64,000 nucleotides of DNA from Macrostomum hystrix. Its lineage: Eukaryota > Animalia > Platyhelminthes. Positions 26,302 through 36,600 of the stretch are shown piece by piece (the stretch's first letter is position 1; every line of letters begins with the position of its first letter). A program made the translations under genes and the position numbers. The notes beneath the pieces were generated by a model. That model had not been told where the DNA came from. It saw only the letters and a list, made by a program, of their open reading frames with translations, and did no database searches. The stretch covers positions 13,826,001 to 13,890,000 of the forward strand of contig CATNEN010000039.1 in the NCBI GenBank assembly GCA_950097015.1. The letters are read 5' to 3'.

Positions 26302-27607
26302 GGCCCCTACCTAATTTAAATCCATTAACACAACACAATTGATTCATATTTGACTTTGTCTCAGATATTACGCCTAACAGTTGCACTTTTTTGTGAGATA
26401 TTTATAAAAGAAATTTGTGAAATAGTTATATAAAAATAAATGAAAATGTACCCAAATTAATTCATCAATTATACATAAGTCTGGAGAATACTTCTAGTCT
26501 CCTAGTCCTACTGCTACTCCTTCAAGAGTAGACGTCTTGTGTTGTGACTCCTTTGTGTTTTGTATTGTTGCTCGCAGATCACTTAGATAAGTTCGCTTCT
26601 TTTATTCGTTTATGCTCGTTTTTTCGCAAAAATTTTAAATGACCTGTTTTACAATATTTGAATAAATATTAGGCCGCCTAGGCCAAACCAGACACATTTT
26701 GCTTAATATTGGCAAAACAGGCATCTTGCCTGAGCCAAAAATCTACTGCTACTAAATGTAATATAAGACCGAAAATTAGGTCATGCATTGTTCCAAAAAT
26801 GTGCAGAGTATTTTTCGATGTAGGCTTTCTGCGAGAATGTACGAGTTAACTAATTGTAATTAACGAAAATAACACTTAATGACTTAACGTGCACTTCTAA
26901 GTTCACTGCTCTGTCAATTTGCCATTTGAACGGTGCTAATTGCCAGAATTTCAGTTTAACAAATGATCTCAAAGATACTAAAACTGTCTGTCAAAAAAAT
27001 GTAAAAAATATTTACGTTGTTGCGCAGACTTACTGCCATCTTTTCTATGTAAAAAGGATCGCTTTTCTGAGACAACGACTCGACAGCAGGACAGATCAGC
27101 CCATAGAAGTAAAATAATAAGAAACAAAGATGTTTATCTGACTAGGCTAACCAATCTTTCGTTATTTCAAGCATAAATCTTGAAAACTTTATTTTTGCTT
27201 GACGCGCACTAGAATAAAGATTTTAATTTACGCCTCCTTCAATTGTTTTCACCTTATTATAAGCCTGAGAATAGATTTGCTTTAATTAGCCAAAAAGACA
27301 TTTCTGACCTTAGTTTTATATTATTCTGCCCTAGGCTAGTCTGCTCTGTAGGCATTGATGCTCTCTCTTTACTAATACTTTTTCAGATATAGTATTTACT
27401 CCACTCTTGTTCATGGTCTAGACTTTTAGTTGTTTTTTTATTACAATATATTGTCCTGTAAACTAGGGCCTAGGCTACTACATTTTTTCAGGCTTTTTTT
27501 ACACCCAGTTAGGCCTAATTAATTGTAATTTTATAATCTTCCATTAAATAGCTGTTAATATGACTAATCTAGGCTAGCTAGCTAAACTCATCCAGTACCC
27601 ATGAGTA

Positions 27608-30600
27608 ATGACTAGCAATAATAGTGTCACAGCTGAAGTTGAGAACCATATTATTCAGAAGTATGAAATCAAGAAACGCCTTGGAAAAGGGGTAAGTTGT
27701 AGGCCTACTATTTTCATTATTGGCCTAGGGTCTATTTGCTTGTTTATAATGATCTTACAAAGACCTATTTCAGCATTTGAAAATGGGTCTATCAGTAATA
27801 TTTTATTGTTATTGAATTAGTTAGTAAGTTACTGAAATTTTGCTGGTATCTGCTAGGCCTAGTGCTTTTATAAATTTCTTGAGGTAAGCTAGCCCTAGTT
27901 TAATAAGCCCTATTCAGAATCAGGCTAAGCTACAAATTTTAGCAATCTTTCTGCTTGTTTTGTATAGTTATCTAGGTCCCAGGTCATTTCGGTGACAAGA
28001 CATTTCGGTGACAGTCATTTCGGTGACACAATTGGTCAGATTGGTGACAACTATTTTTGCACCTAAATATGCTAAAAAACAGCCTTCCATTTTAACTATG
28101 CACACATATAAAATATTATTTAAATAATGCTAAAAGTATTAATAGGAAGCTGCATCACTATGTTAAAGTCTGGGTTTTACTTTAAATGAGTTAAATTATT
28201 AAATTATTTAATGAGTAGTCAATAGTTTCAATAGTTATTCATTCCTAATTAAATGTGTATAGGCCTAATAATCATTTTTCAAGTTTTGGATTGACAAGGT
28301 GAGTGCAGGCTTTAAGCAGCTGCTGGATCGTGAAAGGCTGTTTTCTTAGCATATTTAGGTGCAAAAATAGTTGTCACCGAACTGACCAATTCTGTCACCG
28401 AAATGACTGTCACCGAAATGTCTTGTCACCGAAATGACCTGGGACCGTTATCTATAAGTTTATATTGGTTTAAAATGAGTTTGAATTTTATCTAACTCAT
28501 ATCTAAGTCATGCTAAATCATTTTTCTCTACACAAAACTAAGAATTGTATTAAAGTGATGGCTGGCTAGGTAATTCCATTAGAAGGTCATCAATGGAAAA
28601 AAATTTTATGCTATAGGGGGGCCTATTTATCAAAGTTTTTATTTCTATTTGTACATACTTATATAGTTTTATGTTCAGGTAGTTTCAAACATTTATCTAC
28701 CTCTAGGTTTATATTTTTTGCTTTGATCATTGTACCCCTCATACATGCTCAACACCCGGCCAACCTGGCCAAACCAGCTGGGTGAAACAAGTGCCAAGCA
28801 AGGTAAGTCGCAAAAACCAATCAACCAAGCGCAAAAAGTCAAAGGGGGGACCAAGGGACAAAAAGGGAAGGCGTGAAGAAAAGGAAAAAGGGGAGAGAAA
28901 AAGAGAGCAAATGAGAGCAAACTAAGTCATAAATAGAGCAATGAAACAAACTAAGTTGCAAATGAGAGCAAACTAAGTCATAAATAGATGCAAAAACTAA
29001 GTCGCACGGCTGGCTAAGATTTGGGAGGTTGAGCATGTATGGTACCCCTACAATCATTTCAATGTTCCGGGGAACATTATAAAAAGTGAATCTAGTTTTC
29101 ATTAAGGAACTAATTAGCCTTAAATTTAACTCAGAGAATATAAATATAAAAATAACTTAACTTTATTATTATATCTAAAAACTGAAATAAAGTTTTATGA
29201 CCTAACATATTTCTTTTTATCATAACTTTTGCTTTGAAAAGTTTGGGCTTTGCTTTTTTAAAGTGTTAAAACAACCATCATTTTCATCATTCAGAAAAAA
29301 CGTGTAACACACTTTAAACTGGCTAGCTACTAACATTTGAAATTTGTTTATAACTGTTTATCTAGCTATTGTTTACAACAACAAATGACTGATTGAGACA
29401 AAACCTGCCTGATTTGCAGGAATCTTGAACTGACATTGAAAATTTGAATATGTCAACTTTCACTAAAAATGACCATCATAGAAAGTTTCTGCCTGCTACA
29501 TTAACACAGTAAATAAAATTACTTTTAAATGTATATTATCTTTATCTAGAGGTCATACCCATCAATATAGAACATACAAAGTCTTGGGGTTAGTTTGTCT
29601 TTGGTACAAATAATGATAATTATGTACACCAACACAACTACTGTCATCTCATGGAATTAGCTGGCTCATTTTTGTCTCTTTCTCCATCTCTAATTGTAAA
29701 TGCTGCACAACACTGTTTTTAAGACATAGATTTTAGACAGAGCTAGTTGCAGTATTAATAAAACAAGTGTAGTTTTTTGTTACTATGTCAAATAATAGTA
29801 ATAGTAAATAATAGTAAATAATAGTAACTAGCTTAATTTCCCCAAAATAAATATTTAAATGCCCACTTGCTTATATATTATATAATGTTTATTATTACAT
29901 AAGTATCCTAATTAGTTCAAAGGGCTAGTACAAGTGTTTAATTTAAAATATTATTGCTATTGTCAATCTAAATGATAATTTGGACATTAAAAACAATAAT
30001 GCCTGTGGTCTCATGCTATTGGATAGGACTGCTGCGCACAGCTCAGCTATTTGGCCGTAGAGCATTCAAAAAGAGAAATAGGAATGCAAAACAATCTAAT
30101 AATCAAACAGTCGAGTGTACAAGCCCAAAATCTGCAGAGATGGCCATGCAGACAGTGATGCTAGGCCCCCTTTGAGTGGTTACAATTTGCCTCACTGGCT
30201 GTCCCTTGATTGAGTGGCCTTGGGAGCGCCTAAGCCAAAGGTTGAATCCCGTCTCATCAAGGTAGACGGTGTGAACTGCAGGATCCAGATGTAGCATAAA
30301 ATCTGAGTACTCTCTCCGGGCCTGCAGGTTTTCATTGGTGTTAGTTGCCAGGCTCACATCTGCTCCCTTGGTCGCCAGCTTCACTGTATACATCATTCCG
30401 TGCAGCATCCTATCCACAGTTTTGCAGCTGACCTGGGGCTTTTGTTGGAGCTCTTCGTGTAGCAGTTGGCGTAGGTCACTTAAGGTGGAAAACAGGTTTT
30501 GCTCCAGCTTGTTTTGAAGGCTGGCCTTCATCTCCTTGTCCACTTTGCATTTTCTCTCCTTTTTCCACTGCTTGGTAATGCCTCAACCCTTCCTTCCTGT

Positions 30601-33600
30601 GTATATGCTCGCATAATTTTATACACAGCTGCAATCGGCACTTGCAGGATGGCTGCTGCGGCTTTTAGTGTTGCCCTTTGCTCTATAATAGCAGACACCA
30701 AGCGTTGCATGTCCACTGAGGAAATCGAAAAATTGGGCATTTGAAAACAGCAACAAGAAATAGCAAAAGAAAGAAGCGAGAGAAAACCAAACAGGTGAAG
30801 AGCAAGGCAAGGGAGTTTTTCAGCTTTCCATCCGAGTTTTATCATTTTGGTTGTCTCTAGTCTATGGTCGAAAGGGTGAATTTTCTTCCGAGTTCCTGAA
30901 TTCACTCACGTTTTGATCCTTTTGAATGCCCCTGTCTCGTTTTGGTTGTCCAAACGTCTATGTTCTCTAGCGGCGAGGTTTGCTTAAATGATAGTTAAAT
31001 CCATAGCCATTGAAAAACGCTGAGCAAGGGTTTTAATGAACATCGTTAAACTATGTCTATGGTGAATTCCCACAGGGAATTCCCTTTGAATTCTTGTATT
31101 TCAAACGTTAAGTGTGTATTTTCATTGAGCAACTTGAGCAATGCTGGGATTCCCGCCATTAAACACCGCGGGGTTTTAATGCACGACATTAAAATCGGAA
31201 TCCCAGCGTTGCTCAATGAAAATACACACCGGCTATTTCGGGCATCAATGTCTATGACTTTCGGGCGCTGCGCGATCCTCAGCGCAACGGGGCTCAAGGC
31301 TTCGATTGCAATGGCCTAAGCTTAAAGGCACGGATGCCGTCTATTAAAACTTGTTCGAGAGAATCAACTTACAGCTGGCGCAGCCACTCACGACCACGAA
31401 GTCCGAAATGTAGCGCCAGTACGAAATACACTTCTTCTTGCAACTTTTTTGGGGTCGACCGGTCGAAATAGAGCCTCAGTTTCTCCAAATCGCCTCGCTC
31501 GATAATTGAAAACTGTTTCACTCGGCCGCCTGCCTTGACGAATAGTCCTGCTGTGATTCGCAACATGGTATTAGCTCTAGTAAACGCAGCATCAGCGATG
31601 ATATTCCAACCTCTTAGGCGGAGCATCTGACGAAACAACCCTGCCCGCAGACAAGAGACGCCGGTGAAAAATAGTCACCATCTTTGCACCTCACGAACGC
31701 ATAAAAGACTCGCAACGCAACTGCAGCTTCTTCAATAGTGCACTTCTTAGATCGAAGTGCTCCATACCCTTGTCTTCCGTAACAGATGTAAACAAACTAA
31801 GAGCCCAAGTCTTTTGCTTCAAGGCAGAACGAGGCAAGTTCTCCAGTTCTATATTGTCCAGTTGGCCTACGAGCGCATCGATTTGCGCTTCGTCCACAAT
31901 TTGCAGGAGTGCATCCACATCAACCATCTCTAAATCGGGCACATTTTCTTGCATCAATCGCTCGATTTCATTATCGCGTTCCATTTTTACTCGGATTTCA
32001 CTCGTAGTCAAACCGACGATATCAGCTTGAGATAAATGAAGAAGGCCAATTGGGTACGTGGCTTCGGATTTCATCTTGCTTTCCATTTTCTCTGCTGCGT
32101 AAAGCTTCTCTATTGCACTCTTTAACAGCACCTTTACGATCGCGCTTTATCGAGGATTGGATAAGTAGGTTTTTACCATGGACATTCCGACCGGTCATTA
32201 ATGGTGTTCATTAATGACCGCCGAAAGAGCACTGAATGCGTGCCATGCATAAAAGTTTTGCGGTCATTAATGAGGTGTCCTTAAAAAATTTTATCATTGT
32301 ACACTTTTGGAGGGGTTTTTTCCCAGCCACCAATGAAGCCTGATTGTTGCACGCCTTTACTGTCTATGTCCCGAACCCCGCCAGCTCGGATTATTTCGCC
32401 CACACTATGCGGGGTCTGAAGCCACAGTTATATTTCACCACCAATTGTAACACGAACTGGAAAACATTTAAACAGCAACGCTTTAGATACACGATAATCT
32501 CACAGGTATAGTTACTTCGGGGTATAGTTACTTCGCACAGTTAGACGCGTCGACTGACGGTGCCGTTCTTGGACATATTACGGCCGGCCGGAAACGTGCA
32601 CGTGAAATTCGCAGTGGTTGAACGTTCCAGATATGGCGGACGCCAGCATCTGCAGATCCATCCCATGCCGCACCATGGCAGGTTGCTGCTGCTGCACTAC
32701 AGCTCGCGCAACAGATTCCACCGTCTCCGACGCTACACACCGGGACTCGGCCGTGTCCGCAGCAGGCGCTCCCATTGCACTAATCTTGGTTGACAGTACC
32801 GCCATTTCGGCGTCCCGCTTCCTGTTGCCATGAATGTACCTCGCGGTAGCGGTATCCGACTTATGTCCGGTGACCGCACCTATGTCGTGAAGGGACGCTC
32901 CAGACGCCTTCAGCTCGGTCGCGACAGTGACGCGTAGACACTGCCCGGTGTACTCCTTGCTCAGGTTGGCGGACTTGGATATAACGCGCATCATATTTCC
33001 AAGTGTGTTAACCCCCACTACCTGCTTTGCGAAGTACCACGATCCGCTCAAACCGCGGACTCTGGGACGCAGGAACAGTTCGGAATTTGCCACTCCCTCC
33101 TCGCGCTTCGACTCCTTGATCTTCCGCAAGTACAGCTCGACACACTGGTATGGGCATCCGCTCTCACGAGTCTCGACCAGGACACTTTGCTTCCTATCCT
33201 CGGCCGACCTCGTTTCCAAGCTCCCGCGCACGTTTTTGGACTCCATTGAGGCCAACCGGAATGCACGCCGGCCATTGATGGTGCATCCGATCAGGGAATC
33301 TGTAGTCAACTTTCTGAACCATTCGCGACCCCGCAACCCGAAATGCACCGCAACTACATAGTACATCTCTTGCTGCAACTTCATCGGATCACTCCTATCG
33401 AAGTAGACGCGCAGCTTTTCGAGGTCCACCGTCTCCAAGGCGCAGAATCGCATCACGGAGCCACCTTCCTTGATGAACATTGCGGCCGTGGCCTTCAATT
33501 GCAGATTTGCCTTGGCGAAGTCTTTATCTTCGATGATATTGATTCCTCGGGTACGCATCAGATATCTGAACACACCTGCACGCGCGGTAATCAATGAGGC

Positions 33601-36600
33601 CGGGGCATAGTACCCGCCATCTAGTTTGCGGATGAAGGCGTAGAAAATGCGCAGGGCGGTAACCATCTGTTGAACACCTGCAGTCTCCAGATTGCACGGG
33701 TAGTTCTTCATTTGCAGCACCTCGTTAAATTTGCGCAAAGCCCAGTTCTCCTGCGTAAGAATGGACCGCGGCGTGTTGTCCAGCTGCATCGTGTCCATCT
33801 CGTCCAGCAGGGCTTGCTCGGGGTCTCGGTTGCCTAACAGATCCTCGAACTCCGTCGCGTCCAGCTGCGCCAGGTCGTCAAGCATAACTTGCATAGCGGT
33901 CTCCCGTTGGACTCGCTCGCCAACCTCGGAGTTAGACGCACCCACGACGTCACCTTGAGACATGTGCACCAGTCCTAATGGAACGCCGGTACTTGCTTCG
34001 TAAATCGGATATCCAGTCATCCTTGGAAACATGGTTCTAGGCAGCCCGGTAATGCCACGGCTCGTCTCGCTGTCTTACAGCCTTCCCCAAACTGAGTTCT
34101 CTTGCTGCCCTAAGTCAGGCGGTCTACTTTTGGACCATAGACATTTCGGGCGTGCACCAATCGACAAAATAATCGATTGCTGCACGCCCCGCGAGACCGC
34201 TGGCTATATCCGCTCCGTGAGACTGATTGTTGCGCGCCCCAACTGTCTGTGGTCCAAAAGTATACAATGCCAGTGATAAACGGCTACGCGCCCTCGGTTA
34301 AAAACATTGCAGCACTCATAGCCGTTTATTACTATATCATTGGCCAATGATTGGCTGCGCGCCCTCGGTCACAGCCATTAATATCCCCAATAGCCGGTCT
34401 TTATATTTACATTATCGTTTTGAATGTCTAAGTAATCATTTTGATTGACAAAAGCTATACTACGAGCGTACGTTAAAAATATAATTAATAAATAAGGAAT
34501 TCGTTTGTGATGCATTTGCAAAGTGTACCTTTTCAATGGTTATGAGAAATTACGTTATATGTCTGCAGCCTTAAATATAAACAAAAAGTCTTAACTCTCC
34601 TCCCACAGGCTTATGGCATAGTTTGGAAAGCTGTGGACCGACAGACTCAGGAAGTGGTGGCTTTAAAGAAAATTTTCGACGCATTCAGAAATCAAACAGA
34701 TGCCCAGGTGAGAGAATGACATTAGGACTCGTTTTTTCATGATTAAAAAAAGTACACTCGATGAAACTTTGAAAAAGTACGTCTGAGTTCTCCCGTGCAT
34801 TCCGCAGAGAACATTCCGCGAGATTGCCTTCCTGCAGGAGTTCACAGATCATCCAAACATTGTCAAACTGCTGAATGTAATTAAAGCTGAGAATGACAGA
34901 GATATCTATCTGGTGTTCGAGTTTATGGGTGAGTTCTACTTTCTGTTTATATAGTTGTGGGTGTTGTAAGATGTGTATGGGTGTCAGATAATGTGTGAAT
35001 CAGGTGTTGGGTATCAGATCATGTGTGAATCAGGTGTTGGGTATCAGATCATGTGTGAATCAGGTGTTGGGTATCAGATCATGTGTGAATCAGGTGTTGG
35101 GTATCAGATAATGTGTGAATCAGGTGTTGGGTATCAGATCATGTGTGAATCAGGTGTTGGGTATCAGATCATGTGTGAATCAGGTGTTGGGTATCAGATC
35201 ATGTGTGAATCAGGTGTTGGGTATCAGATCATGTGTGAATCAGGTGTTGGGTATCAGATCATGTGTGAATCAGGTGTTGGGTATCAGATCATGTGTTAAT
35301 CAGGTGTTGGGTATCAGATCATGTGTGAATCAGGTGTTGGGTATCAGATCATGTGTGAATCAGGTGTTGGGTATCAGATCATGTGTGAATCAGGTGTTGG
35401 GTATCAGATAATGTGTGAATCAGGTGTTGGGTATCAGATCATGTGTGAATCAGGTGTTGGGTATCAGATCATGTGTGAATCAGGTGTTGGGTATCAGATC
35501 ATGTGTGAATCAGGTGTTGGGTATCAGATCATGTGTGAATCAGGTGTTGGGTATCAGATCATGTGTGAATCAGGTGTTGGGTATCAGATCATGTGTGAAT
35601 CAGGTGTTGGGTATCAGATCATGTGTGAATCAGGTGTTGGGTATCAGATCATGTGTGAATCAGGTGTTGGGTATCAGATCATGTGTGAATCAGGTGTTGG
35701 GTATCAGATCATGTGTGAATCAGGTGTTGGGGTTGAAAAGGCTTTGAAATCAGTAGACTGATGACAAATGAACCCCTACGCCTAAACGCCTTAACTTTCT
35801 TTAGAAACTGACCTACACAATGTAATTAAACGCGGCAACATACTGAAAGATGTACACAAGCAGTACATCATGTACCAGATGCTGAAGGCCACACTGTACA
35901 TTCATTCTGGCGGCTGCGTTCATCGCGATCAAAAGCCTAGCAATGTGCTGCTAGATTCCGATTGCTTTGTTAAATTATGCGACTTCGGTTTGGCTAGATC
36001 TCTAGGCCAGGCTAGCAGGCAATTGCAACAACCCGAAGCCGATCCGGCACTAACTGAGTACGTGGCCACCAGGTGGTATCGGGCGCCGGAGATTCTTCTG
36101 GCATCGCGTCGATATACTACAGGCGTTGACATGTGGTCTCTAGGCTGCATCCTAGGCGAGATGCTACTAGGCAAGCCGCTATTTCCTGGCAGTTCCACTA
36201 TCAATCAAATAGAGCGCATTGTGGCAGCTATACCACCACCAACAGCGGAAGAAGTGGCTAGTATTGGCAGTAATTACGGCGCCAGTATTCTAGAGAAGGC
36301 TCGCTCCGGCCGGCCACCGCAACCATTGGAGACTCTGCTGCCGGCTCGCGTCGATCCAGACGCTATTGATCTACTGCGCCGACTGTTGCAGTTTAGTCCG
36401 GATAGGCGTATAACTGCGGCCGAAGCTTTGCGACATCCCTATGTGAGAAGATTTCACTCGCCAGCTGAGGAGATCACAATCGATCGGGATGTTGCACCAC
36501 CGGTCAGTTCTTGGCATTTTATTCTTTTATACTATAAGGGGGTAAATTATTAGTCACATTATAGTATCGTAGTTTGTTTAGATGAGATATAGGAGAGTGG

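Larger units (their letters stand above)
29951..34460 (-). mobile_element. IS630/Tc1-like TIR element enclosing Crypton-type tyrosine recombinase genes
   Basis: 50-bp imperfect TIRs at 29952-30001 and 34410-34459 (8 mismatches by manual alignment), TA at 29949-29950 and 34461-34462, with a transposase relic and YR genes inside. Confidence 0.75.

Noticed and set aside
32578-34032. Bacterial or phage integrase contamination, or recent horizontal transfer
   Set aside because: The motifs are of the eukaryotic Crypton/DUF3504 type, and the unit sits in a MAPK15 intron with intact flanking exons. Host exons are similarly GC-rich.
34984-35730. CRISPR-like regular 29-35 bp repeats (also 18016-19991, 20670-21487, 44158-45118)
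   Set aside because: Head-to-tail repeats with no unique spacers, no cas genes, and a eukaryotic intron context.
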